A DNA stretch of 45,074 bases from positions 1 through 45,074 of the IMG/VR virus record IMGVR_UViG_2908567220_000008. One strand, 5' to 3'. A program made the position numbers and the translations under genes. Below are positions 1 through 8,212 of this stretch, piece after piece (positions within the stretch are counted from its first letter, which is position 1; the number at the start of each line of letters is the position of its first letter). Below the pieces are notes generated by a model. That model saw nothing but the letters and a program-made list of their open reading frames with translations, searched no databases and was not told the DNA's origin. This stretch comes from a virus (taxonomy: Duplodnaviria > Heunggongvirae > Uroviricota > Caudoviricetes).

Positions 1-1260
1 TCATATTCCTATCGCCATGCCATGGGGCATGGATGGGGCAAAGTCCGATAATTTCTGGTTCAACATAGCAATCTGATCGCTGCTGCTGTCGGCCATCCAG
101 GCGCCGTAAACATTGAAAACCATCTGGGCGCTGGCGTGTCCCATCTGGCTGGCAATGAAACTCGGGTTGGCCCCGGCAGACAGCGACCAGCAGGCGTAAG
201 TGTGTCTCGACTGATACGCCTTGCGGTGCCTTAAACCTGACCGTTTAAGCGCCGCATCCCATGAGTCACCAACTGAATCGGCTTTGTACAGGTAACCTAC
301 GCTGCCACTGTTTTTAACCAACTGAGGATTGAACACAAATGTACAGTCGTGAATGACCGTTCGGCCATACTCCCGCAGTTGTACCTCAACCTGATACTGC
401 CTGCCTAACCTGGTCATTTCCGCCTGGTTCCTCAAAGCGTCAATGGCTGGCTTGATCAGGTGAACGACCCTGTCGGTACCGGCTTCGGTTTTTGGTAGAG
501 TGAAATCACCGAGTTTCGTATAATTCCGGCGTATGGTCATCGTTCCAGTTTTCAGATCTATGTCTTCCCATGCGAGGGATACCAGCTCGCCGTGACGTAA
601 TCCTGTGTATACCGCAATTGACCACAGGTTTTTCGTTTGCTGATGCTTGCAGGCATCTATGAAGCGAACGAATTCATCACGTGTGAGCGGATCTGGTTCT
701 ATCCTGGCCCTCTTTAGCGGCTTGATGCCGTTAAACGGGTTTTCACTCACATAGCCATTATCAACAGCAAACTGAAACATACCCGCGATCGTGGTCATGT
801 AGTAGTTTACCGTCACCACACTCAACCCTTTATCCCCCGCCAGCATATCCTTCCTGATATAGAGAAGCTCTTCTCTTGTCACAGACGAAACCAGCTTATT
901 CGCGCCAACCCTCGGCAGCATGCTTCTCACTACCGATTCGTACCTGTTTATGGCATTAGCGCAGATCTCCATCCGTTTAAGCTCAAGCCATTTTTCAGAC
1001 AGATCTTTTACGGTGATATCTTTCGTCCCGATGCCGAAAGTTTTCAGATTTGGCGAGTTGGGGAATTGGGCCGCATAGTCAAAGGTCCCCATGCGGATAG
1101 CGAAACAAACTGACGTTCTCAGCTCCCCGGCCACCTTCCTGTTTTTAGCGGTGTCAGGGACACCGAGGTTTTCCCTGACACGCTTACCTTTAAAAATGAA
1201 CCATATGCGGAGTGACTTTCCGTGGTTCTCAACGCCCGTTGGGTATGATTCTTTACTCAT
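1..1260 (-). CDS. int: Tyrosine-type phage integrase (complete; stop codon at 1-3)
   Basis: 419 aa ORF with ATG at 1260; C-terminal region has the R..H..R..Y catalytic layout of tyrosine recombinases (HTYACWSL, final Y in VYGAW). Sits at the prophage edge next to an excisionase-like gene. Confidence 0.9.
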   Translation of the reverse strand: MSKESYPTGVENHGKSLRIWFIFKGKRVRENLGVPDTAKNRKVAGELRTSVCFAIRMGTFDYAAQFPNSPNLKTFGIGTKDITVKDLSEKWLELKRMEICANAINRYESVVRSMLPRVGANKLVSSVTREELLYIRKDMLAGDKGLSVVTVNYYMTTIAGMFQFAVDNGYVSENPFNGIKPLKRARIEPDPLTRDEFVRFIDACKHQQTKNLWSIAVYTGLRHGELVSLAWEDIDLKTGTMTIRRNYTKLGDFTLPKTEAGTDRVVHLIKPAIDALRNQAEMTRLGRQYQVEVQLREYGRTVIHDCTFVFNPQLVKNSGSVGYLYKADSVGDSWDAALKRSGLRHRKAYQSRHTYACWSLSAGANPSFIASQMGHASAQMVFNVYGAWMADSSSDQIAMLNQKLSDFAPSMPHGMAIGI

Positions 1261-1302
1261 TTATCCCTCCCGACGTCCAGGAGCGTTGCAAGTTTACCTG
1301 TT

Positions 1303-1548
1303 TCATACCGCCCGATCACCCAATGGTTGCTTTTGAGCCTGAATCCATGCGTCTACCGCTTTGCGGTTGTACATGCATTCGCTGGTTGGCTTAGGCTCTC
1401 CTTCAGGGGAAACGTGCTTATACTCCCGGCCAAGCAGCCAAGATGATTTACGAGCCCGTGTAATAGTGCCGCGCTTCATACCAGTGACTGCCATCAGCAA
1501 GTCCTCTGAAACCCATTCGTTTGGCTCGATCTGGATAATTGTCTGCAT
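1303..1548 (-). CDS. xis: Excisionase-like DNA-binding protein
   Basis: 81 aa, directly upstream of int on the same strand; sequence resembles the DUF1233-type putative excisionase family (recalled, not searched). Confidence 0.65.
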   Translation of the reverse strand: MQTIIQIEPNEWVSEDLLMAVTGMKRGTITRARKSSWLLGREYKHVSPEGEPKPTSECMYNRKAVDAWIQAQKQPLGDRAV

Positions 1549-1551
1549 TTA

Positions 1552-1767
1552 TCACCTCCGATGCTTACCGCGTAATTCCTCTTCTTCTTGGCAATCAGCG
1601 CAGCGCTGGCATCCTGCCACCAGTTCCCGGCGCCGTTCGGGTATCTCTTCCCCGCAGTCGCGGCAGTGAGTAGCTGAAACCGCCGCATGATTGATGCGCA
1701 TGTTCTGGATGGTCATTTCCAGCCGGCGCTCTGCCAGCTCGTTGGCCTGATCAATGATTTCTGGCAT
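1552..1767 (-). CDS. TraR/DksA-family C4 zinc-finger protein
   Basis: 71 aa with CRDCGEEIP...CQRCADC four-cysteine finger typical of phage TraR/DksA-like proteins. Confidence 0.75.
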   Translation of the reverse strand: MPEIIDQANELAERRLEMTIQNMRINHAAVSATHCRDCGEEIPERRRELVAGCQRCADCQEEEELRGKHRR

Positions 1768-1768
1768 G

Positions 1769-1987
1769 TCAGCGCTCCTTTATATATCCGTTCAAAATAC
1801 CTATCTCCACATAGAGATGGCTTGGCGTTAACCCAAGCTGCTTTATCAGCGGCATGCATCCGTTGAGGATCGGTCGTGATATCTCGTCACAACTCAAAGC
1901 GGGGGATGAACGACGCTTTGCCTTAACCTCATCGTTAGCCCTGCGCGCGATGCTTCTGAGCGCATTTTTCTTTTCTTCTGGCGTCAT
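1769..1987 (-). CDS. Hypothetical protein
   Basis: 72 aa ORF tightly packed in the operon; its ATG overlaps the stop of the upstream gene (ATGA). Confidence 0.5.
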   Translation of the reverse strand: MTPEEKKNALRSIARRANDEVKAKRRSSPALSCDEISRPILNGCMPLIKQLGLTPSHLYVEIGILNGYIKER

Positions 1988-2829
1988 ACGCCCCCCATAT
2001 AAGCGCGAATGAAAGCCGCAGCTGCCTTGGCGTTTATAGCGTTACCGTACCCTTTCAGGCGGCCGACGCGGTTGCTGCTTGCCACTCTTGCCACCCCGGG
2101 CTCGACTCGTCCCATGCGTGCGGCAGCCCCATCAACCAGCGGGAATGTGCCGGGTTCAACTGGACGCCATTTTCCATCTCGACAAAAGAGCCAGTCCGCA
2201 TCTCGCCAAAAACCGTTAACCTCAAGGGCCCGATAATCCCCGCGAAGTCCTGCAGGCGCTGTTGAGTCTTGCTCCCGCCCTGGCGCCCGGACGTTCCCGC
2301 GCCGGTCACTGATGACGCTGTAGGCGTTGGCCACCCAGTAGGCCCGCTCTCTGATGTGCGGCGCACCGATGCCCGCTGACGTAAACGGCACAAGCCCGAA
2401 GGCGTATCCCAGTCCTTCCAGGTCTGCTTGTACAAGGTCGAACCAAGCATTTGCGTTACCGCTTGCAACCTGTTCGCCAAAGACATGCTGAGGTCTGCGC
2501 TCGCTGATGAGATGGAAGAAGTGGGGCCAAAGGTGCCGCTCGTCAGCAAACCCATCTCCTTTGCCTGCCGCGCTGAAAGGCTGGCACGGGCAGGAGCCAG
2601 TCCAGACCGGGCGATCGTCAGGCCATCCGGCGAGGCGGAGGGAATGGGACCAGACGCCGATACCGGCGAAAAAGTGGCACTGGGTAAATCCTCTGAGGTC
2701 GTCAGGTGTGACATCTTCAATACTCCGTTCGTCAACTTCGCCAGGGGCGATATGCCCGGCGGCTATGAGGTTACGCAGCCACTGCGCCGCGAATGGGTCA
2801 ATCTCGTTGTAGTAAGCCGCCGCGCTCAT
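1984..2829 (-). CDS. DNA (cytosine-5)-methyltransferase, orphan
   Basis: FAGIG (motif I) and PCQPFSAAGK (catalytic PCQ motif IV). Start taken at the ATG at 2829, which overlaps the stop of the upstream methyltransferase; the ORF track extends to 2862. No restriction endonuclease partner seen. Confidence 0.85.
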   Translation of the reverse strand: MSAAAYYNEIDPFAAQWLRNLIAAGHIAPGEVDERSIEDVTPDDLRGFTQCHFFAGIGVWSHSLRLAGWPDDRPVWTGSCPCQPFSAAGKGDGFADERHLWPHFFHLISERRPQHVFGEQVASGNANAWFDLVQADLEGLGYAFGLVPFTSAGIGAPHIRERAYWVANAYSVISDRRGNVRAPGREQDSTAPAGLRGDYRALEVNGFWRDADWLFCRDGKWRPVEPGTFPLVDGAAARMGRVEPGVARVASSNRVGRLKGYGNAINAKAAAAFIRAYMGGV

Positions 2830-3482
2830 GCTGCCTCCGTCTTCACAACATCGATGGCGCATCCAGGTATCAGCTCAACTGAAGCGGTGGCGCACTGGTT
2901 ACCCCAGTGACTCCAGCCTGGCGCTGCGCTGCGGCTGAATAACTCAATCCGCGGCACGTCGCCGTAGAGCAGTTCCAGGCGGTGCCGAACTTCCCACGGT
3001 TTCTCGCTGTGCGCGCCGAGCGGGCTGTAGACCACCTGCTTAATTCCAGCGTGCTTGCGTTCCAGCCCGGCGCCGCGGGTGGCGATCAGCACGTCTTCGG
3101 TATTGGCGCGGGTATGGTTGCCACCGTTCATGCGCGTCTCGGCATTCAGCTGGTCGAGGAAGTCGTAAAAGTTGGTCACATTTCCCTCTGCCAGAGCCTT
3201 GGTAATGCGCAGCTCGGCTAGCTGATTCAACTTCACCCAGGTGAAACCCTTCATCGTGCGAACCGTAAAGCCCCAGGCTTCAGCCAGCTCGATCGCCTCC
3301 TGGTTGTGGGTGCCGGTGTACCACATCGCCAGCACAGCGTTATCCGCGGCGAGCTCCCACACCGGGAGCCGCTTCATATCGAGCAAGCTCATGGTGGGAT
3401 AGTGATCGACGGCGGCACCGTTGCTGATCGTGTTCCCGTAAGACCAGGCCGGGTCAGCATAGATAAGTGAGTAGCGGTTCAT
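2826..3482 (-). CDS. MT-A70-family N6-adenine DNA methyltransferase, orphan
   Basis: 218 aa with N-terminal IYADPAWSY (DPPW-type catalytic motif). RBS agagg upstream of the ATG at 3482. Confidence 0.8.
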   Translation of the reverse strand: MNRYSLIYADPAWSYGNTISNGAAVDHYPTMSLLDMKRLPVWELAADNAVLAMWYTGTHNQEAIELAEAWGFTVRTMKGFTWVKLNQLAELRITKALAEGNVTNFYDFLDQLNAETRMNGGNHTRANTEDVLIATRGAGLERKHAGIKQVVYSPLGAHSEKPWEVRHRLELLYGDVPRIELFSRSAAPGWSHWGNQCATASVELIPGCAIDVVKTEAA

Positions 3483-3637
3483 TGCGCACCTCTTTTCGTG
3501 TCCAGCTCTTCAGCCAGCCGCTGAGCCTTTAACGGGTTTCTTACCACTTCACCAGATGGCATTAGCCAGCCACGATGGAGGACGGAGTACATGCACTTCA
3601 CTTTTCCTACGGTTATGGCGTCGCGGTAATGTTTCAT
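3479..3637 (-). CDS. Small hypothetical protein (52 aa), not in the ORF track
   Basis: Hand-translated [52 protein letters not shown]. Its ATG overlaps the exonuclease stop and its TGA overlaps the methyltransferase ATG. Confidence 0.4.
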   Translation of the reverse strand: MKHYRDAITVGKVKCMYSVLHRGWLMPSGEVVRNPLKAQRLAEELDTKRGAQ

Positions 3638-4314
3638 TTCCACTGCTCCCCGAAGGTGAAACCGATCTCCGACAGCGATTCGTCCATCTTCTCGATGAAC
3701 TCCGGCACCATTTCGTTGAAGTCGGACATGTATTTGTCGTCGCGCTCAACAACCACGTGATGAATGCCTTCTCGCTTCATGCGAGGGTCATAATTCGCGA
3801 AATACCAGGCGTCCTTCCTGGTTACCCACATGCTGAATTGCACCTGGGCCATGTAGGCGGATTTGATAGCCTCGAAGCCGCCAAGCCGGAACTTCATGAA
3901 GTCGCGAGAGGTGAAAGGGCATTTCAGCTCAAGGCCGCGGCCATCACTGCACAGGCCGTCTGGTGAGCAGGCGGTGCGCATACTTTCGTCACGGAAAAGG
4001 ATCGGTGACTCCGTTACCTTCACGTCGGTGGTGAACTCAAACAGGGTTCGAGCGTCGGCCTCATACTGTTTTCCCCAGGCCAGCGCCTTGGCGTTAACTT
4101 CCGGCGCCGCGCCGGTGCATACCTCTGCGAGCAGCGTGTGGAAATAAGACATTTTCATGTCAGTCCACTTGGTGCCTGATCTCGGCTTCGAAATGACGTT
4201 ATGGACTTCCGAGGCGGTGATCACGCCCAGGCGTAAGCGGTGCCAGGATTCATCTCCCTGTTCAACGCGGGTAACGTCAATGCCAGTTCGTTCGAGGATA
4301 ATTTCTGGTGTCAT
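3634..4314 (-). CDS. YqaJ-like (lambda Exo-type) recombination exonuclease
   Basis: 226 aa; paired with and overlapping a RecT gene; sequence resembles YqaJ viral recombinase-family exonucleases (recalled). Confidence 0.8.
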   Translation of the reverse strand: MTPEIILERTGIDVTRVEQGDESWHRLRLGVITASEVHNVISKPRSGTKWTDMKMSYFHTLLAEVCTGAAPEVNAKALAWGKQYEADARTLFEFTTDVKVTESPILFRDESMRTACSPDGLCSDGRGLELKCPFTSRDFMKFRLGGFEAIKSAYMAQVQFSMWVTRKDAWYFANYDPRMKREGIHHVVVERDDKYMSDFNEMVPEFIEKMDESLSEIGFTFGEQWK

Positions 4315-5156
4315 GCTGCCACCTGCGCTTTTTTCTGGAGGAAGCTAAAGCCTTTCTGCGCTTCTTCTTCGGTGAGTTGTGATGCCTGGAAAATGTCACG
4401 CTTGAAGATGTTGCTGCACAGAGGCAGGAAGTCCTGCTCCCAGTCCTTATTCAGGGACGTCAGGAGGTCGGTAATTGCCTGCAACGTTTCCTCACTGGCC
4501 ACCAGGGGGAGCGCCTCTGTCGTGGTTCGCGGCGTTACGTCACGCGCATCAACTTCCAGTGTTTTACCTTCCATCTCTTCGGCAGTGGGCTGCTGGCCAA
4601 TTTCAGGCCACGCCTTACGCAGAGCCTGAGCCTCGGCACACTTCGCCAGCTGGCCATAGGGGCGCTTTTTCCACATTGCGTTTGGCGCGGTAGTGTCGCG
4701 GCCGGCGGTTGCGTAGTTCTCAACCCAGTATTCTTTCGCGCTGAATTCGACGATCTCCCCGCTGGGCATGCGCTTGCTGACCGTGTACTTGCACCATTGA
4801 GGCACGGTCACTTCAATACCGGTAAGCGTCAGAGTGACGTCCGGGCCGAACTCTGGTTCTTTTGCGCCAGCGTAAGAACCGGAGCGATCGGCCTGAATCC
4901 GATAAAGCCCGATGCCAGGCATAACCACATCGCGCCACTCGCTTTTTCCCGACTTCGAGTCCTTAACGCTCATTGGCACCAGATGAACGGGCTTAAGAAG
5001 CGGATCAAGGTTTCTGGCCCGGCAGTAGTCCAGTGCCATCATCACCGACTCATCCTTGGCGCCAGGGTAAATACTGTTTTTGAGGGCGCTCCAGGTAGCG
5101 CCGTCAATACCTCTCTCAGCAAGAGAGCCGGCTGTAATCACAAGTTCGTTAGCCAT
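4311..5156 (-). CDS. recT: RecT-family single-strand annealing recombinase
   Basis: 281 aa with RecT/Bet-like sequence, immediately upstream of the exonuclease. Confidence 0.85.
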   Translation of the reverse strand: MANELVITAGSLAERGIDGATWSALKNSIYPGAKDESVMMALDYCRARNLDPLLKPVHLVPMSVKDSKSGKSEWRDVVMPGIGLYRIQADRSGSYAGAKEPEFGPDVTLTLTGIEVTVPQWCKYTVSKRMPSGEIVEFSAKEYWVENYATAGRDTTAPNAMWKKRPYGQLAKCAEAQALRKAWPEIGQQPTAEEMEGKTLEVDARDVTPRTTTEALPLVASEETLQAITDLLTSLNKDWEQDFLPLCSNIFKRDIFQASQLTEEEAQKGFSFLQKKAQVAA

Positions 5157-5171
5157 TGTTATTCCCCAAAG

Positions 5172-5462
5172 TTAAAACGGGCAGCCGGTGCGGTGGTCCC
5201 AGTCATATTCCGCCTGGGCGTAAGCTACTGCCGAGATGAGATCGTTATATGCCTCGCCAGCTGCATCGCTGCGGAGGCCTTCGTATGGGCTTTTGTCCAT
5301 CGGCACAGAGAAGCGGAACAGGCCTGACGGCTCTTTCGGCAGGGCGTCGATAATTTCCTGCGCCCGATCGTCAATCCACTTTTGCTTCTCTTCGGTTAGC
5401 GACTGTTCAGCCCATTTCCTTTCTTCGATAGCGTCGTATGCGCGGTATGCGTTCATAAGCAC
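5172..5462 (-). CDS. Hypothetical protein
   Basis: 96 aa ORF inside the early-left operon. Confidence 0.5.
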   Translation of the reverse strand: MLMNAYRAYDAIEERKWAEQSLTEEKQKWIDDRAQEIIDALPKEPSGLFRFSVPMDKSPYEGLRSDAAGEAYNDLISAVAYAQAEYDWDHRTGCPF

Positions 5463-5463
5463 C

Positions 5464-6435
5464 TCAGTAACTGATACCGGTATGGGGAATGCGGCCGTCT
5501 TTAACCGCTGTAAGCACCTCGATAGCCTGATCCCGAGTAAGGCTGGTATTGGCCAGAAGAGCTTTGACGATTTCAGTGCCTACAGCCTTGCGGTGCTTAA
5601 CGTCGGCTTCGCGGCGAGCCTGCTCATCGGCTTTACGTTTCTCCTCAGCCAGGCGGGCCTGTTCGCGTTGCTCTGCCTCGCGGCGGATGCGATCGGCTTC
5701 TTCCTGAGCTTTGCGGCGCTCCGCTTCGATAGCGGCCTGCTTGTCAGCCTCAGCTTTCTTCTCGGCTGCAATGCGATCTCGCTCTGCCTGCTCAGCTTGT
5801 GCTTTCAACACAGCTTCGCGATGCGCCGCTTCTTCACGTTCACGCTGTGCGCGCTGCTCAACTTCTCGGGCTGCTGCGGCGGCTGCCATTCGCTTAATTT
5901 CTTCTTCATGGGCAATGCGCTGGCGCTCAGCCTCAGCTGCTTTATCTGCCTGCTCTCGGTCGAAAGCGTCATTCATCAGCATGGCCATTTCGTGGTCAGA
6001 CTCAATCCGAGCTGCCAGCTGCCGATCGAACTCTTCATTCATGGCCAGTGCTTCGACGTGAAGGGCGTTCATGGCTTCTTCGGCCTTAATGCGTTCCTGC
6101 TCCGCCTCCCATTCGGTCAACGGGCGACGCACTTCATCTTTCAGTGCATCGAGACGCTCACGGACAACGCGGCGGCTTTCATCAATCTGCTTTGGCAGCG
6201 CCTTCAGCTCAGCGACCAGGGCTTTACCTGCGTTGTCGATGTAGGTTTTAGAGCGCGCGACCTTGTGAGCCATGGATGCGATAGCATCGCGGCCTTTTTT
6301 GGTGGTCACGTCCGGCACCAGACTGCGAGCCTCTTTTTCGATCGCTTCGATAAGCGGATCGAGTTGGTCGTTATTGGTGAAAACCGCCATCGCGTTCTTT
6401 TTCTCGATGACGACTAAATCCATTATTTCGCTCAT
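5464..6435 (-). CDS. Hypothetical coiled-coil protein, Ala/Glu/Arg-rich
   Basis: 323 aa; central about 150 residues are low-complexity charged repeats (AEAERQRIAHEEEIKRMAAAAAARE...). Confidence 0.6.
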   Translation of the reverse strand: MSEIMDLVVIEKKNAMAVFTNNDQLDPLIEAIEKEARSLVPDVTTKKGRDAIASMAHKVARSKTYIDNAGKALVAELKALPKQIDESRRVVRERLDALKDEVRRPLTEWEAEQERIKAEEAMNALHVEALAMNEEFDRQLAARIESDHEMAMLMNDAFDREQADKAAEAERQRIAHEEEIKRMAAAAAAREVEQRAQREREEAAHREAVLKAQAEQAERDRIAAEKKAEADKQAAIEAERRKAQEEADRIRREAEQREQARLAEEKRKADEQARREADVKHRKAVGTEIVKALLANTSLTRDQAIEVLTAVKDGRIPHTGISY

Positions 6436-6522
6436 GGTTTCCCCTGAAATTTGGTTGTAAGAATCCCGGCACCGTATTGGCTGCCTGATAGCTCAGTTAA
6501 ATTCGTGCGCTGATATGCGCGG

Positions 6523-6717
6523 TTAATGCGTCCCGGCTGGAACCAGATTCGGCAGCAGGTCGCGTGCCTCAAATGCTTTGCGAATGTGGCGCAGGTTGCC
6601 CTGTGGCTCGAACCAGAAGGTTTCTTTCAGGTAGTCACGTGAAACCTTCCAGGTGGCGCCAGTTTTAGCGTTACGCATCATCACGGCGCGTCCGCTGTTA
6701 GGAATTGAGTTAGCCAT
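6523..6717 (-). CDS. Hypothetical protein
   Basis: ORF-track frame 6523..6753; start taken at the ATG at 6717 (MANSIPNSG...). Confidence 0.45.
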   Translation of the reverse strand: MANSIPNSGRAVMMRNAKTGATWKVSRDYLKETFWFEPQGNLRHIRKAFEARDLLPNLVPAGTH

Positions 6718-6820
6718 TGAACACCCCCGTAACGTGCAGAATTTTGATAACAACAGCCGACCAGATAACGCCGCAGATCAGCAGGCAGTAAATCAGTGAA
6801 CGAATGCCTTGTTTGCTCAT
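6710..6820 (-). CDS. Small hydrophobic peptide (36 aa), putative membrane protein
   Basis: Hand-translated MSKQGIRSLIYCLLICGVIWSAVVIKILHVTGVFNG; one predicted TM helix. Its ATG overlaps the stop of the upstream small ORF. Confidence 0.4.
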   Translation of the reverse strand: MSKQGIRSLIYCLLICGVIWSAVVIKILHVTGVFNG

Positions 6821-6924
6821 TTGCCACCCCAGCACGGATAGCTAACTGCGAGAACAGCAACCAAAAACGGAACGACCTTTAACCAAAAATTACGCCATGC
6901 AGGCTTGTCTTCTTCGCGGATCAT
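6817..6924 (-). CDS. Small hydrophobic peptide (35 aa), putative membrane protein; first gene of the leftward operon
   Basis: Hand-translated MIREEDKPAWRNFWLKVVPFLVAVLAVSYPCWGGK; strong SD (aaggtgaagag) ahead of the ATG. Confidence 0.4.
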   Translation of the reverse strand: MIREEDKPAWRNFWLKVVPFLVAVLAVSYPCWGGK

Positions 6925-7006
6925 CTCTTCACCTTTGCCTTATCGCGGCTAACGGGACGTTTTGACTTCACCCCGGCGTTGCCGGTGTTGTTTGGATGAG
7001 ATGATA

Positions 7007-7082
7007 ATAGCAATGAGTATTAACCATAGCAATACGTATTGTTATTATTTGATAGCTATTGCTATTAAATCATTGATAGCTA
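7007..7082. promoter_or_regulatory. Operator-like repeat cluster (putative OL-type operator and promoter region)
   Basis: ATAGCAAT at 7007 and 7026; near-palindrome ATAGCAATACGTATTGTTAT at 7026-7045; ATAGCTATTGCTATTA at 7052-7067; TTGATAGCTA at 7073-7082. The same ATTGCTATTA core recurs between cI and cro. Confidence 0.4.
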
Positions 7083-7144
7083 AATGAATTTATTTTTTCC
7101 TATTGTGCTGTTATGCTCAAAAAAACGCCAAAAAGGGTAGCGCC

Positions 7145-7348
7145 ATGTCGAATGAGGATGAGTTTTTCGCAGAGATGCACCCGCAGATTGCGCAGGTCAT
7201 CGGGATAGCGGTTATGCAGCTGCTGGTTGAGAGGCGCGAGCCATCAAGAGAGGCGCTGATAGAGATGATTCAGGTGTTGTGGCAGGGTGACCAGGTAGAT
7301 CTGGCAGTAGAGCTGGCACTGGATGTGCTGATGCTGCGGGAAGAGTAG
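7145..7348 (+). CDS. Hypothetical small protein (67 aa)
   Basis: ATG at 7145 (MSNEDEFFAEMHPQ...), in the same frame as the longer track ORF 7103..7348. Plus-strand gene convergent with the kinase module. Confidence 0.5.
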   Translation: MSNEDEFFAEMHPQIAQVIGIAVMQLLVERREPSREALIEMIQVLWQGDQVDLAVELALDVLMLREE

Positions 7349-7354
7349 GGCAGT

Positions 7355-7377
7355 AAAAACCCGGCGCGGTGGCCGGG
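7355..7377 (-). terminator. Intrinsic terminator for the kinase/DUF3037 transcription unit
   Basis: GC hairpin cccggc-gcggtg-gccggg (7360-7377) followed on the minus strand by a U-run (plus-strand aaaaa, 7355-7359), 17 nt past the stop at 7394. Confidence 0.55.
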
Positions 7378-7393
7378 TGCTGGCAACAGTTTG

Positions 7394-8212
7394 TTAGTTA
7401 AAATTAAGGCTTTTCCCGGCAGCGACTAACATATGATCGTAGTATTTAGACATATCTTCGCTACTTAGCAAGTTGAAGACATTGTCAGCATAACCTCCAA
7501 CCAAGTTAAGTTGCTGAGAGTGCGCTTTTTCCTGAGGTGTATCAGCAGCATAAACCACAAAAGTCTTCACGCAGTTATTCCACTTGGTCTTAGCTGCGTT
7601 TATTGTCACAGCTTTAAACGCTGACTCACCCATTTTTTGGCGATTATTGGAAATCCGTAGATCTAAGGTTTCAGTTAAATGATAAATTCCATTTTTTAGT
7701 AAAAGTTCAGCATAAAGACCTTCAGATTCAGAAAGCGGATACCCCTGAACCACTTTATGCTCGCTAATTTCCTTGAGATTCTTACCCATAACTCCTTCTT
7801 TTTCAAACCTATCCTTAAGCTCGGTAATAATTCTTTTTTGAGAAACTTCAGTTCTTTTCTTCGCTCGCTCAGGTGTTATGAATAATTTATTTAATTCATT
7901 GATTTTTAATTCATATTCACGTTCATTGGCAGCATGAAATGTACCTACGCTTGACAAGGCAAAGCTACCTTGGAAAAAGAGAGAAGCCTGTTCGATGCTT
8001 AAGCCAGAAGTTAAAATAGTCTCCAGTTGCTTCTGGCTATTTTCTAATGCTTCAAGCCCAAAATCATTTGTAATAGCTTTTAGTTTAGTAGGGGTTTCTA
8101 TGACGCGCACATCTGGGCCAGATGGCTTCATGACGACAAGGCCAACGTTGATTGTCTCGGCGCGGACAGGGTTCGGTGTTATTCTGACAATACTGTATTT
8201 ATATGTATTCAT
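7394..8212 (-). CDS. DUF3037-like protein (272 aa), partner of the HipA-like kinase
   Basis: N-terminus YSIVRITPNPVRAETINVGLVVM resembles the DUF3037 family (from memory, needs HMM confirmation). ATG overlaps the kinase stop (ATGA). Visibly AT-rich. Confidence 0.6.
   Translation of the reverse strand: MNTYKYSIVRITPNPVRAETINVGLVVMKPSGPDVRVIETPTKLKAITNDFGLEALENSQKQLETILTSGLSIEQASLFFQGSFALSSVGTFHAANEREYELKINELNKLFITPERAKKRTEVSQKRIITELKDRFEKEGVMGKNLKEISEHKVVQGYPLSESEGLYAELLLKNGIYHLTETLDLRISNNRQKMGESAFKAVTINAAKTKWNNCVKTFVVYAADTPQEKAHSQQLNLVGGYADNVFNLLSSEDMSKYYDHMLVAAGKSLNFN

Noticed and set aside
2055-2735. 226-aa minus-strand ORF and several plus-strand ORFs overlapping the cytosine methyltransferase
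   Set aside because: Alternative-frame shadow ORFs inside a gene with clear methyltransferase motifs; the products are low-complexity Ser/Pro/Ala/Gly-rich.
5236-6417. 393-aa plus-strand ORF
   Set aside because: It is antisense to the coiled-coil gene and is an artefact of its repetitive GC-rich codons; the translation is low-complexity Ser/Ala/Cys/Leu with no RBS context. The minus-strand gene is the real one.
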